Positions 27,101 through 41,928 of a DNA stretch of 64,000 nucleotides are shown one piece after another. Both the position numbers and the translations under genes were made by a program. Each line of letters opens with the position of its first letter. Positions within the stretch are counted from its first letter, which is position 1. Source of the DNA: Chrysomallon squamiferum (Eukaryota; Animalia; Mollusca); contig CM022679.1 of NCBI GenBank assembly GCA_012295275.1, forward strand, positions 22,444,001-22,508,000. The letters run 5' to 3'. The notes below the pieces were generated by a model. That model was given only the letters and a program-made list of their open reading frames with translations. It had not been told where the DNA came from and made no database searches.

Positions 27101-28078
27101 AATAAACATATAATAATAATAATAATAATAATAAGAACAGAAAAAAAGACATGTTATACGTAAATATCCAGTAAATATTAAATTCATTAAATGTCATGAA
27201 CTGCACTAAATAAATAAACAATTTAAGGTGAAAAAAGGCAGAACAATTTTATTAACTGATTAATGTGTACCTGTGGTGCAAAAACAAGGCAGGATGCAAG
27301 TATCAAAGTAAGTCAAGAGTAGGTATTATCATAGAAAATGCAATTTTCGAAAATAATATGTGATTTTGAGAGCAGATATAATAATAATAATAATAATTTT
27401 AAAAAAGAGAATAAATAGATGTCAATAAAATTATAAATAAATAAATCAAAAATGAAATAAAAATTGTTAAAGACTAAATTATTTGGCAAAAGTAAATTTC
27501 TGCACATTTTCTAATGCATCTTCCTGAAGACCAAAAGCAGATAACAATTAAAAACACCTTTCTTTAAGGATGGTATTGCTTCATCATATTGGCCCATTTC
27601 CACTAGTGCCTGGCCCATAAAGAAATGGCCTTTCACCAGTTGTCTTTCTATCTCCAGAGCACGATGGCAGTCTTGTATTGCTGCTTCCCACTGACGCAGT
27701 TTCAGATGACAAAGAGCTCGATTTGTGAAGAAGGTTGCTGTGCCCGGGTTTTTATTCTGAATCCATAATAAAAAAAAATGTCATTTGATTTATTTTTGGA
27801 TTTTAATTTATATATATTATATAATAATAATTAATATATATATATATATATAATTGTGACTCAAATGAATATTTGTTATCAGTGAATTCGTAAATGATAT
27901 ATGTACAAAATTACAGAACTTTAGTCTTACGTAGTTAGAATGGACACAAAGAAGAAGAAAAAATATAAAAGCGTTTGAAAAAACTTACTATCGCTTTGGA
28001 ATAACAGGATATGGCATCGTCATACTTTCTTGCTAAAAACAATCGATTTCCTTGATTTTTTAGATCCAGCGCATTCAT
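24135..28078 (-). CDS. STUB1: E3 ubiquitin ligase CHIP (TPR + U-box), 276 aa; exons 28078-27989, 27756-27558, 27040-26875, 25700-25625, 25012-24956, 24567-24451, 24260-24135
   Basis: [30 protein letters not shown]...[10 protein letters not shown] (TPR), [19 protein letters not shown], and U-box [28 protein letters not shown]...VGHFDPVTR...[24 protein letters not shown]. All introns are GT-AG and frame-consistent. Confidence 0.97.
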
Positions 28079-28472
28079 GTTAATGAATTCTGTGTTTTTA
28101 AAACAAAAATGCGTATAATTAATGATAAATGCTAAAGGACAGTGTCAGCATTTCTGCAAAATCATTTATCTTTCAGTATTTGTTTTCATTTTCCGTCATT
28201 TTGTTTCTTCTTTCTAGTAAATTCATCCCTTTTTAATTTTTAATTATTTCGTTTCCGGTTCCGGTATACGATAAGTTTCGATTCATCAATTTCAAGTTCA
28301 CTTAAAATGAAAGAATCAATGAAATAAAAATATGCATTAAGCATAAAATTTAAATGCTAAAATGTAGAACGTACATATGATAAAATATACGTTAAAAGTT
28401 GCATTTTAAGATTTTTATTTATTTATGTCACGGCTCCGTTGGCAATTATACAATGTAATGATCATGATGTAC

Positions 28473-28505
<33 letters not shown>

Positions 28506-28870
28506 TTAAATCATCCATTGCCTCCGTTTCTGAATCACAAATAAATAAAATACAAACAAATGTTTTGCATTCTAAATACTTGATAAAAAAAACGACCCAA
28601 AAAATATTGTAAACTTTATTATTATTATTTACAAAACATTTGAAACTAGTACGTATGCTCAACGATAACAAATTTATAATAATAATAATTAATAAATAAA
28701 TTTAGTAACAATTATAGCGTCCGTTTATAACACTGCTCTGTCCAAAATAAACATGAACATAAAAACTTGTTGCTAGTATATGGAAAAATATAATGTAAAA
28801 TGATAGCACTAAAAAGTAAATTTACTGGTTTACTTAACTGTTGGTCACTCAGACTGATTTAACAATATAA

Positions 28871-28902
<32 letters not shown>

Positions 28903-29840
28903 CAATAAATACATTTACTCTTAAAACGTAACTTAATAAATGTAAATGTAATTTGTACCATCTTTCATTAAATAAAAAAACTTCGTAAATTACTAACATT
29001 TTAATTACACACACACAATAGTGATAGTCAGTTTATAAAGTGTATATATCTGTAACTAGTTTTAAGAGATTCTATACACTGGAAGCAAATTCCAAAATGA
29101 ATAATAAATCAGCAATATGTAACATTTATGAATGGCCATAACATAACATGAATGTGTCATTGAACTCAGGGTCTTCTCCTCAGTTTTTTTTATTAGGTTT
29201 AATAAACACAATAATTTTTTAACTGATTTATTTTATTTAAATGAAACAACTAGATATGAAATATCTGAATGTCCCATATCCTTACAATGAAGAGTATTTT
29301 CCCCTTGTTTTGTGCGTATTTTAATTTTAGTCTTCCAAACATCCACACACATGTATGCATGCAACCTATGATCTACCAGATTTTATTCTTCGTAATGTTT
29401 GATCAAGTTATCTTGTTTTATTGTATTATGTTATTTACAAAGAACAAAATTAATTCCACGTAACAAAATTCGCTGAGATATATCTTCAAACGTTCCTGTG
29501 ATAAATGACAACAGCAATAACCATTCTTTTACACCGAGAGCATTGGCAGAAATGTATTAGTATTTACTTTCATGGTACATGCACACAGTCTAATCATATT
29601 TTGCATACTTCTTGGTGGTTTTATTTACTTCAGTGTTTTGATAATAAAGATGAAGAAGTTATTTTAACAATATTTTCAATAAATTTTAAAATTAAAGATA
29701 AAGAAATTATTTAACAAATTACTTCAAATTTTTTTTTAGATTAGAAGTTATTTTTCAAATAAAATTATCATGGATTAATGGTAACAGAATGTAAAAAATA
29801 AAATAAAACCAATGACAAACTGAGTAAACTATTTCAAATA

Positions 29841-30420
29841 CAGTGGTACCTTGACTTATGAGTGCCCCAACTTATGAGTTTTTTGAGTTATGATAAAATT
29901 TGTGCTTTGAGTTGTGAGCCAAAATCCGAGTTATGAGTGAACTTCAGATACACTGCTGCTAGTTGGCGCAACGAACAACATAACATCCACCCAGCATAGA
30001 ATTCATAGAAAAACATGAATGAGGTGTGCATGTAGTCGACTTGGCTAGGCAGTTCGAATGTAGTATTTCTACAATATGTACGATGCTAAAGCTGAAGGAG
30101 TCGATAAAGGCTGTAACTCCAGCCAAAGGCGTTAAAATAATTTGTCTCATCTCCAAGATAAATACACTTTACTTTAATCGTTTAATCGTATTTACAAAAC
30201 CAATTTATTTCTTTATATTCTCTTTTATTTTGCTTTTTTATTTGTCATTTTTATTATTTAAAAATATGTTATGAAAAACAAATGGGGTGGTTTTTGGGGG
30301 CTGGAGAGGGTTAATGGTATTTCAATTAATTTCAGTTGGGAAAATTTATTCGATATAAAAGCAGATTGAGATATGAGCTCAGTCATGGAACAAATTAACT
30401 CGTAAGTCAAGGTCCGACTG
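29841..30420 (+). mobile_element. Internally deleted Tigger/pogo-family DNA transposon
   Basis: TA|CAGTGGTACCTTGACTTA...TAAGTCAAGGTCCGACTG imperfect TIRs. Contains a relic of the CENP-B-type N-terminal HTH (VHVVDLARQFECSISTICTMLKLKESIK). Confidence 0.8.
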
Positions 30421-30603
30421 AATCTGCAAAATCACATCATAAACTGAGAAAAATGTTGGCCTCAAAAGCTTGCTTTTAAATCGCCATGCTTTACAGTAAG
30501 CAAAAACTGATGAAAAAAAAATATCGCTGCACCTAATATATTTAAATTTTTGCTTGCATTGGAACATACATACTGTTCAGAAGTAGAATCAAACCAGATC
30601 TGG

Positions 30604-31827
30604 TCAAGATAATCTGTGCATTATAATAAGTACTGCTAAGATTTGATCATAAACACAGAAAATGGTGCCAGCTACTACTCCAGCTTTCATAACACTGGGG
30701 ATGAGACCCTTGTACAGTCCTGTGACACCCTCTTTCATCACTATTTGACGACAGCAGTGGAGGAAGCCATTGTAGGTGTGAAATGTACCAAAGTTTTTTC
30801 GTGCTTTCTCAAAGCCTTGGATCTGAAGACGCTTCTTCACAACATCAAGAGGGTAAATAATCATCTTCGATACAAAACCTGCACCAGTCCCACAGAAAAA
30901 ACTTTCCACAGGTCCTGAATTTTATAAATAAGTAATTAAGTAAATTATGTAAGTTAAGTAAGTAATTATGTACATAGGTAAATAAATAAATAAATTTATT
31001 AATATATAAATATATAAAGTAAAATATATTTTTAAACATTTTCTTTAGAATCCAGGAAGTATTTGTTGTGCAAAAAATCACAAATATATTTTTCATTGTT
31101 TTTACTTATTTTTAATATTTTTTATAAATTCTAAACAGCTGAATCAGTGAACATTACGTGCAAAATACAAGCCATATATTTCTTGTATTATATCTCAGTT
31201 TTTCACGTCAGTATAAAATCAAGCCTTGTTCTTCCCAGTAGAAAATGGACTTCTAACAAATTAGGAATAACAGAAAACAACAACAAAAAAGCATTAAAGA
31301 TTGGAACAAATGTATTTTTGTACAGATTAATTAGTTCAGTGAATAAAATTGAGGTAAACTGAGCAAAACCTGGGATTCTAAATGATGTTGTGCCTTTAAC
31401 ATTATCCCATATTCGTGTGAACAAAGCATAAAGACCAAACTGGAGTCCCATCTGAGGACCAATCTGTGTGAGTGCAGGACTCAAACCTTTGTACAGTCCT
31501 CGGAAACCTTCATAACGAACGATGTGAGAAAACGACTGAAAGACATTTCTGTAAACCTGAAATAAACAAGATTTTTATTATAAATATTAAAATCACCTCT
31601 ACTCAAATTATTTTGTGTACTTACAAAACATTAATTCTACTGGATTTACAAAAAAGATTTAAAATTTATTGAATTTGGAAATATATTTTAAATATATGAC
31701 TACATAATATTAAAATAATAATAATAATAATAACAATAACAATAATCAGAAAAAATCAGTAAAAAAAACCCCCCAAAACCAACAACACACAACAACAATA
31801 ATTAAATAATTCAAAATCAAATCATAT

Positions 31828-31875
<48 letters not shown>

Positions 31876-33139
31876 ACATGATATAAATTTAAAAAGTGTG
31901 AAAAATGTTTCTTAACTTCCAGTGGATGAGAAAAATAAAATAAATAAATAAAAATAAATAAATAAATAATAAAAAATAAATATAAATAAAATTTAAAAAA
32001 TCATCCAGTGCAGTTTATAAAATGCTTTAAACATATTTGATTTATAAAAATCTTTTAGATATGGTAGATTTACAAAACATTAATTCTACTGGATTTATAA
32101 AAAAAGATTTAAAATTTATTGAATTTGGAAATATATTTTAAATATTTCAACATTTTAAATATATGACTACATAATATGAAAAACAAATACAAACTTTGTT
32201 TTGCCCTTGTGCTATGAATCTCGTGCGTATGACATCAACTGGTTGTACAACCACTGTTGATATGCAACCAGTAAGACCACCACATACAGTGTGTGTTACT
32301 GGCCTCCATTCTGTGTTAAGAGATTCAGGAATAAAATACCATGAAGCTTTTGTAAGAGCTTCAAAAAATGTATACTGGAAAAATAAAAAAATAAATAACT
32401 ACAGAACAGACTTGATAGTATCATAAAAATACTAAAATTAACACAATTAAAATCAATCTTTATTTTGTACTTAAAATTGTCAAATACAAAGTATCACTCA
32501 AAATTATGTCTGTGTCAGTATTTATGTGAAACATTATACATTTAGTTCTATTTATTATTACATGCTTATTATTTGATAGTCGTATCATCTTACTACTTGT
32601 TAGTAAACAAATGTTTCCTCACTTGGGCTATTCCATAACCAACAGACAGTGCCTGGGCAGGAACATGACCTTTCCAGAAAGCTGATATTCCTTCTTCTAT
32701 TGCAATCTTTCTAACAGCATGCAGTAACCCTTGATATTTTGACCCTGGTCTTTTGCATATTGGATCCACTTGTAGCTGGATATAAAGAGTTAACAACAAC
32801 AACAACATTAACAGTAACAATAACAATAACAACGATAACAATAATGAGTTACTTGAGCATTCATCAGATTTAAAATTAATAATAATACCTCATTCAATAA
32901 TTCAAACTGTTATTATTATGATCATTATTTTGATGTTGTCCGTAAATTTAATTCATTGTTCTTATTTAATTATTTTTGTAGAGATCATTGTTTATATATA
33001 TAGCCTATACCTGAAATCTAATTTTCAGAACATCTAGAGGTTGTGCCACAACTCTTGAAATGGCGCCACTAAATGCTCCAGCAAAAGCAAACTCTATGTG
33101 AGACAGCTGCACGTCATTCTGAGGATTATAGCCCACCAT
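30604..33139 (-). CDS. SLC25A19: Mitochondrial thiamine pyrophosphate carrier, 319 aa; exons 33139-33011, 32775-32623, 32374-32195, 31556-31370, 30914-30604
   Basis: MVGYNP N-terminus, three carrier motifs ([29 protein letters not shown]) and [16 protein letters not shown] typical of SLC25A19/TPC1. Splice sites are canonical and frame-consistent. Confidence 0.93.
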
Positions 33140-35419
33140 AACTAACAGACTACTAAATGTGTTTTCTTACAAACAACATCAAATGTCAGTCATATCATTC
33201 TTCATCTTGTTTAACAATCCCTATAAAACATAAGTGTATGCAGTTTAGTATATCAGTAATTTAGTATTAATAATGCTATACACAATACACATTATACAGT
33301 GATCCGTTTTCGCTTTTTGAGTTTTTAATTTGTCAAAATCGACAAATGGATATAAAACATATTAATAATTTAATGTTTTAATAGTAAAATACATGTTTTG
33401 AAACTCAGTTTGAAATGTCAAAAGTTTTTTATTTAAAAACAAAAATGAACTGCTACAGTGGTAGCAGTAACACTGAAGCTCTCGTCGAAGTTGTGATTAT
33501 AAATTCATTGAATCACCTGATAATGCCTAAACTGAAGGTTAGATTATAACTGTTAAAGACAAAATCAGTTAAACTTGATCTGTTTCCAGTTTGTTTTTTA
33601 ATATTCCTCACATTCTATCAAAATTCATAACCCACTGCAAAAATATAATTACCTCCTGCATAGATGCTGCTTAATTTAAAACCATGATTCCAGATAGTTT
33701 AAGTTTAATTAAATGAATCACATTGCGTTACATGGCTCTAAAAGTTACTCTGAAAACACGTCTTTTCACAGGAAAATAACATAAATCAGAGTGATTTCCC
33801 TTGGCGGTTGTCTTCGGGCGCTTTTAAGGGGTAATAAGGACTAGTAATTACACAGCGAAATATGTTTTATTAATGCATAAATACTGTTATGAAATATGAG
33901 TATTATAACATATCTTTTGCTTGTACCTTTTTGAAGGGCCTTACTAATTTGTGTCCAGTTGCGTCCATTAGTGCCTGCTACATTCAAATTCAGAAATAAA
34001 CAACATGACAAAAAAAAAAAAAAAAAAAATGCCCGGAATCGCCGATTTAGAATTCGGCAGTATGGGATGGTTCTAAAATCGGAATTTCAGCAAAATATTA
34101 AAAATATATTTACCTCCAGCATATACTTTTGTATTTTATTTTTAAGCCCATGAATCCAACAAGTTGTAGTTTTAAAATTCTTCTCATGTTTATATAAAAA
34201 ATATCAAATTCAGACGGAGAAAGACAACAGCTGAACGTCTGTCGAATATTTAGAATAAATAACATTTACGTATTCTATCTGTATCACTATCAGCTACTGT
34301 TAGCAATCTTGCAGTCTTTTTGTTCTAGTTATTGTATTGATCTTAAAATACAAAAATCGATGTAAATTATTAAATTCAGACATCCACAGCTTACGTAGCA
34401 ATTCCCTGGTTTCTTCTTCTTATTATTTTTAAATTAAATAATTAATATTTTTATGGCTTTGATGACAAATGGATCGCCAATATTTCAGGAAGTTGATACA
34501 GTTTATGATATTCATTTGTCCCAGATTTACAGCCGATAGAAAATGATTTTAAAATAGTTATTACAGTTGGGGAAGTCCGGACCAAAGTGGTAAAAATCAC
34601 AAAATTTAAACGTTTACTTACTCGAGATTTATTTAAGAAAAAGAACAAGAAAAACAATAAATCAAAACTTTTAAATAATTCACAGAGTATTGTCATTGTT
34701 TTCATGTATGGAATTTTATTTTTTTTATTTTCTGCGATTTAAAACAAAAGTTAAAACTAATCTGGAGATGTATTACTTCTATTGCTGAATGATATCATTT
34801 AGTTATTTTATATCCACTGTGTATATTTACAATACATATCTCATTAAAATAAGCAATCTGCACTTGTTGAAAGAAACATTATTACTTTATATTAATAAAT
34901 ATTAATAATTATTATTATTACTTTTCATTGTTATTTTTTTTGTATTTGATCGACAATTTTTCTTTCGACTAACTCGTACTTCAAAAAAAAACTACTCACT
35001 ACAAGAACTTTAAAAGAAATTTGTAATGGATGATTCATTTTGTAAAACTAAATAGACTTAACATGTTTCCTTGTCTTGAATAGAACTTGTTAACTCAGTA
35101 TTTTTATGTTATCATTTAAAAATAAATTTTTAAAGTACAATCACAGCCGTTTTTGTTTCAAAGTGTGCAGTGCTTGGTTCACCACTGGATCATTACATTT
35201 TATATTTAAAAAACCCCAAATATAAACAAATGAATAAATAAATAAATAAATAAATAAATTACATTCCTTTATTTGTCGACTAGGTAACATAAAAATAGTG
35301 CCAGCATCATTCCAAAACATGTTAACATCGTTAATGTAACCTTCATAGAACTATTTGAAACCCTGTTGACGGCTTTTCAAAGATATAGTTCTATCTCTTA
35401 AAAAATCCAGACAGAAATT

Positions 35420-35670
35420 CACCGGCAGATCGGACAATTTAACCCTTTGTCAACGTGATTCGGCCGCCATTGTTTCGGGCCCATCTAACCTAGCAACACT
35501 CGGGTTACCTACCTTCTGGGGCGGAGCTGCAACAGCTGCAGCTTCAAAGTTGTGACTTCGTCGTAGACGTGCTTAACAACGGCTCGCTCTGATGATCAGC
35601 ACGTTCAATTTTTCCGAATTCCAATTTCCCAGACACATAAATATTTCTTTTATCTTCAAATCTTTCGTAA

Positions 35671-35704
<34 letters not shown>

Positions 35705-35810
35705 ATATATTTATGGTTTTTCCAGAAATAATTTAAAATTTAAATTTTTACGCATGCGTCACACAAGTGACGCTAACAGTTTAAGACTGCATTCTCACAG
35801 GTAGGCCTGT
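35420..35810. promoter_or_regulatory. Locally GC/CpG-rich putative promoter region
   Basis: CCGCCATT (YY1-like), CCTAGCAAC (RFX half-site-like) and ACGCATGCGT (NRF1-like). It lies between the divergently oriented SLC25A19 and CARD-OB locus. Confidence 0.35.
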
Positions 35811-36530
35811 TATGTCTGTTGATAATCTTGGTCATTTATCCAATTCACAATGTGAAAAAAACAAACAAAAAAACTGCAGTAAATATATGTATTCGTGTTG
35901 CATTTTATTAATAAGCAGCTTTAACTGAGGGAATTGCCTGTTTTTTAAGAGTTTAAAAGCAATAAGTCAATTTATTGATGACCTAGTTTCATTTCATCTT
36001 GAAGCATGTTATTGTCGAACTTAACAGAAACGAAATCTCGAGAATAATTCCTATTTTAATAATAAAAATAAAAATAAAAATAAATAAATAAATAAATAAA
36101 TTTTTAAATAATTCGTACAGAAGGCAGTTGCTAAATATATAAAACATATAACACTAAGTTAATTAATTTGTTTAATTTTTTTCATTTTATTAATTTTGTT
36201 TATTTAAAATCTAATTTTGTTTAATATTATTCATTTTATGTATATAAATAATTGTTTTGATATTTCGTAAAATTTTAGCGCAATTTACTGAACATTTTCC
36301 TTTATATATTTGATTACTTTGTTTTTATGTCTGTATATAGTTCTTATATTAATATATAACTATCAGGTGCACTGAAGGTTAATTTTTGGGTAACTTTTAG
36401 TGTTAATGTTTACATTTGCAGTTTGCAAGACTTTTGCACTGTACGCTCATTGCTCGTTGACATCAAGGGTCAACATTTCTGTCACATATCTAACAGACGC
36501 CTGCGATTGACCAGTTAATTCAATTTCAAG

Positions 36531-36546
36531 ATGGCGTCTGAGACAG
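36531..36546 (+). CDS. Putative first coding micro-exon (MASET, phase 1) of the CARD-OB gene
   Basis: CAAGATGGCGTCTGAGACAG|GTAGG. It is the only intact copy of this nine-copy motif upstream of the phase-1 CARD exon. Confidence 0.55.
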
Positions 36547-38421
36547 GTAGGCTTTTTCTCGATTATTTAACTAAGATTTGTTTAATCCGAACATTTTTGG
36601 ATACATGAGTATCTTTTACATACAATCATCTTGTAAACTTGATTCGTTATTTTCCTATATACGATTGATTATTGTTATTATAATTAATGTGGGGGGGGGG
36701 AGGGGGTGGACGAAACGAGAGTCAGTTTTCCCCGATGGATCCTGCCGCCACACATGATTGACTAACGAGCAGTAAAATGATGATGATGATGATGATGATG
36801 ATGATAAAAGAAATTAATAATAAATTTAAAAATACTAATGAAAATAATCTAATAGAAATAAATAAATAAATAAATAAATAAATAAAATAAAATAAAATAA
36901 AATAAAATAATGTAAAAAATAAATTTTTAGAAATTAATACTAGGAAAATAAATTAAACAAATAAATAAATAACTAAATGCAGACATCTTCTGCATACGTA
37001 GATTTTGCAATTCTCTTTTTTTATATTATTACTTTATTTATTCATTTATTTTAAAATAGAATAATTAATATTGGTACAGCTTTTTCATAGGAAGTCTATC
37101 CAGTCTGTGATATTAATTTTCACTAAATTCTCAATCAGTAGTAAGTCATTTTAAAAATAGATATTATAGTTGGGGACATTTCGCATACATTTCTCTTCCA
37201 GTCATTCATAATCGTCTTGTCAATGTCATATTTTCATATCTTTCGTTATATTCTTTGGTTTTATCTTTATATCATTATTATAAACAACTTGAGTCTAAAC
37301 GAGTGCAGCTCTAGGTCAAGTTAGTTATTTTAATACACTGCATGTTTAATTCCATTTATTTATTTATTTAATTTTATCTGCTGCAAATTGTTTGATTTAT
37401 TATTTCTATTTCCAATTAATATTGAAAATGTAATGTATTTTTTCCTGCTTCTCCCAAAGTTTACATAGGAAATGCACTCGATATTCCATATCAAAATTCC
37501 ACACAATCGAGTTTCTTTCTTCTTTTTAATTACTTTTTAATTCTTTCAAATATCTTGAGCTAACATTTCTGATTTATTTTTTAAAAATAATCTATAGTAA
37601 TAAAACAATATTATTATTTTTTATTGGATCAGCGTGTATTTTTGTTTTCATTTCCCTCTTTCTGTTTGACTGCTGTTCCGAGCAGGACGCTGAATGAAAA
37701 AAAAATTAACGTGCGTATCAGAGCTAGCTGTTGTGAAGCACGTCTACGACGGGCACGCTAAAGTCAGTTTTCTTTTATACAGTGGTATTTATACATCATC
37801 AAAATGAACAGCTTCGCCTCAGTGCCCCTTTTATTGCTTGCTCATTCAATGCTTTTAAATTAGCTACACACAGAGGAGTATATTAATAGAAACCTTTTAC
37901 TGAATTATTCGTGTGTTTAATTTATAGTATAGATAATATTAGTAAATAGTACGTTGACAATCATTTTAACGTTTCTAGGAAACCTTTATTTTATTATTTC
38001 TGTTCTACTGATGTTTTCAGTTTATGATAATACAAAATAATAATTATGCTAATTGGTTACTGATTGATTATTTGGATAAATATTGATCACGTAAACACAA
38101 GCGGATACACATATTATGCTTGTTCACCATGTATCTCCAAGTTCCACTGACACAAGTATGTAATTGAGTGATTATGGTATCATCAAAATAGACAACACTA
38201 ACAGATTTAAGTTGGCGTCTCGGACATGTATATTTTTAAGTGTGTATTATATATATATATATATTGATTTATTTTGACCATTTATGTGTATTCTTGTAGC
38301 TTTGACCGAATAAATTGCCTGTTTATTAAAATACAGAATTAATAAGTAAATTTATTGATAAACTTAGTTTCATTTCAGTTTGAAGTAGGTTATCAACTAC
38401 TTCTCATAAGAGAATGAAATG

Positions 38422-38502
<81 letters not shown>

Positions 38503-38656
38503 GCATCCACGAATATTAAGTCAAAAGGTGCTTTAGTCCTAGTATATTTTACAACAGTTTTCGCTATGAGGAGATTTAGATCAATCTTTTCTTTTCGATA
38601 ACCTTGGCATCTTAAAGCTTTTTATTTGACAGGCCTAAGTACTGATGATGGGTTAT

Positions 38657-38703
<47 letters not shown>

Positions 38704-39214
38704 ACACACACATAATAATAATTATCTCGTTCCCTATCAAGATACAGCTATTCGCATAAGCCCGGCGTATACAAAAAAAAATGTCGACAGGCAAAGGGGA
38801 GATATTCAAAATATGACCTTTTTCGTCCGGTTTAATTTCTGAAAATGATAGAACCGACTTGTTTTAGAAAGTTAAAAACGCATGTTTCTTTACTTTCATT
38901 CTCCGAGCGATGAAAAAGGTCTGTCGATGATTTTAACATCGATTAAAGTGATGAAACTATTAATTGCGTTTTAAAATTACATTTTTTTACTGTGTCAAGG
39001 TCACGATAGTATTTACTAACTACCTGTACATTTCGTAGCTATCTTTGATTGTCCTTTTTAAAAATGATTTTCCAAAAATTTTGTTTTGAAGATATTTTGC
39101 ACAAGGCGTCTGAAATTCTAAATACAGAAGTTTTTATTTCTTTTTTCTTTTTTTTAATATTGATTTGGAATAATAGGATATGATAACACGACGGCCATGA
39201 CTAATATATTAACT

Positions 39215-39929
39215 CAGTGGTACCGCGAGTTACGAGTGCTCCAATTTACGAATTTTCCGAGGTTCAGATACGCCGCCGCTAGTTGGCGCAACGAACAACA
39301 CAACATCCACCCAGCATCCCGCGTCTCACTCGTTGCTTCACGTGGTTATCTCGCCGTGGAAGCATCTCTGTTGTTTTGTGTTCGCGTTTTGTGCAGTAGT
39401 TTGCCAAATTTCCATGGATCCTAAGAAAGTGAGTGCAAACGACAGTGCCGAGAAGAAGAAGCGGATGGTTACATTGAATTAAAGCGTGAAATCATAAAAA
39501 AAAATAAGCGAAGTGTGCGTGTAGTCAACATGGCTAGACAATACGAGCGAAGTGCTTTTACGATATGTATCATACTGAAGCAGAACGAGTCGATAAAGGC
39601 TATAACTCCAGCTAAAGGCTTTGAAATAATTCTTTAACTGCGGACCTCTGTCCATGAAAAGGTGGAGAAACCCTAACGCTGTACACTTTACAAAACCATT
39701 TTATTTCTTTACATTCTCTTTTATTTCGTTTTTAAACATTTGTCATTTATACATACATTTTTCTTATTTAAAAACACATTACAAAAAATTGGGGTGTTTT
39801 TTGGGGGACTGGAATGGATTAATGGTATTTCAATTAATTTCATGTGGGTAAATTGATTTAATATACGAGCAAATTGAGTTACAAGCTCAGTCACGGAACA
39901 AATTAAACTCATATGTCAAGGTACCACTG
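39215..39929 (+). mobile_element. Internally deleted Tigger/pogo-family DNA transposon
   Basis: CAGTGGTACC...GGTACCACTG|TA TIRs. Transposase N-terminal relic (MDPKKVSANDSAEKKKRMVT...VNMARQYERSAFTICIILKQNESIK). Homologous to 29841-30420. Confidence 0.82.
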
Positions 39930-40182
39930 TATTTGTAATAATCGGGCTACCTGTTAGTTCGGCTGGACATTTGATTATAATTTTTACAAGGAAATCAAAT
40001 ATATAATAATAATGAAGCTTCTGTGGAGTTAATTAATTAAGGTCAAGGAATCGCGTTAGCAAGGCTGTCTCTCTTTCACTCTAAGATTTTACTGGATTTC
40101 TCGTTCAAAAATATTTTATTTCATTGCAATTCCCTTCTGTATGTAAATATGTGTGTATACCTATCTACGTGTTGTCTGTATA

Positions 40183-40233
<51 letters not shown>

Positions 40234-40238
40234 ATATA

Positions 40239-40270
<32 letters not shown>

Positions 40271-40479
40271 TGTCTGTGTGTGTGTGGGTGTGTGTGTGTG
40301 TGCACGCGCATGTGTGTATCTGTGTATGTCTACATTTGATTATAATTTTTACAAGCAAATCAAATATATAATAATAATGATATTTCATTGCATTTCTCTT
40401 TGGTATGTAAGAATGTGTATATCTATATGTGTGTACAAATATGTATATGTATATGTACGTATATATATATATATTTCAG

Positions 40480-41928
40480 ATGGATGTCATGTTTCAACAA
40501 AAGCAAATAAATCCCTGATCCATTGTAAAGGCAACATACAACAGTGCACAGTGAACAAAACTGTTGTCAAAAAATATTACTGTAAGTTAATAATTTCAGA
40601 AATCTTATTATAAATATTAAACAATCTGCTTTAGCATGTAAAATTCTATTTATTAAATTTAATTTTATAATTCTAGGTTTGAAATCCAAGTCTCATTGCT
40701 TGGGTTAAAAAAAGAAAAGAAAGATAAACAAATGTTTTATATTATTTCGTGTCTATGGGCAGGTTTTTGTTAAAACAATTTTGCTGCTAAGAATTAAAAG
40801 TAGTCGAGGTGTCATGGCTATGGGTTTCCTCTCTGCAATTATCATTATTTAAGAAAATTAATCAATAATAACTATTAATGCTAAATGTTTTTAAAGATTT
40901 GTATAGATTCGTTCTTTGTATTTAGTCATTCACTTACGTATGTGTATGTATTTATTTACATTGTTTTCGGTATTTTCGTTTGAATACTCATGTTTAATTT
41001 CCTATAGATACGGGAAAACAAAATGAGCAGAGTGAAGAACAAAGCAATGAAACCTTGGAAGTTCGTGATCAAAGTCAACAAAGGAGCTCTAATGCTTCTG
41101 GAATTAATGACTGCGGTCAAGTAGTGAAAGACGACAATAAAGAGAACAGATTTGAACAAATGAATGGTAAGATTAATGAGTAGTGAATTTCATTACCTTA
41201 ATATCTCAGTGAATTTTATAGTTTAATCTAAACTTATTATTTGTTTTTGTGTCCCTCTCACCCACACCCCATACACACAAACACACACTCGCACGCTGTT
41301 TTTAAAGATTTGTATAGATTCGTTCTTTGTATTTAGTCATTCACTTACGTATGTGTATGTACTTATATATAATGTTGTTTTCGGTATTTTCGTTTGAATA
41401 CTCATGTTTAATTTCCTATAGATACGGGAAAACAAAATGAGCAGAGTGAAGAACAAAGTAATGAAACCTTGGAAGTTCGTGATCAAAGTCAACAAAGGAG
41501 CTCTAATGCTTCTGGAATTAATGACTGCGGTCAAGTAGTGAAAGACGACAATAAAGAGAACAGATTTGAACAAATGAATGGTAAGATTAATGAGTAGTGA
41601 ATTTCGTTACCTTAATATCTCAGTGAATTTTATACTTTAATCTAAACTTATTATTTGTTTCTCTGTCCCTCTCACCCACACCCCATACACACAAACACAC
41701 ACTCGCACGCGCACACATACGTATGTGTATGTATTTATTTATATTGTTTTCGGTATTTTCTTTTCAATACTCATGTTTAATTTCCTATAGTTGAACACTG
41801 TCTTGTAACACGAAATGAGCAGGGTCAACAACAAAGCGATGAAACCTTTGCAGTTCCTGATCAGAGTCAACAAACAATTTGTTATGCTTCTGGAATTAAT
41901 AAAGAGAAAAGATTTCAGCAAATGAATG
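40480..41928 (+). CDS. Four putative symmetric phase-1 internal exons (40480-40581, 41008-41166, 41422-41580, 41791-41928) encoding low-complexity Q/E/N/S-rich linker
   Basis: Each has a polypyrimidine-AG acceptor and a GTAAG donor, a length divisible by 3 (102, 159, 159, 138) and an open frame in phase 1. The last three sit in a ~400-bp tandem triplication. Confidence 0.55.

Noticed and set aside
31620-32180. ~90-bp direct duplication inside an SLC25A19 intron (about 31620-31710 and 32070-32180)
   Set aside because: An ordinary local intronic duplication with no sign of function.
40520-40570. IHCKGNIQQCTVNK as a RHIM/amyloid signalling motif upstream of the CARD
   Set aside because: It lacks the (I/V)Q(I/V/L/C)G core, so the resemblance is too weak.
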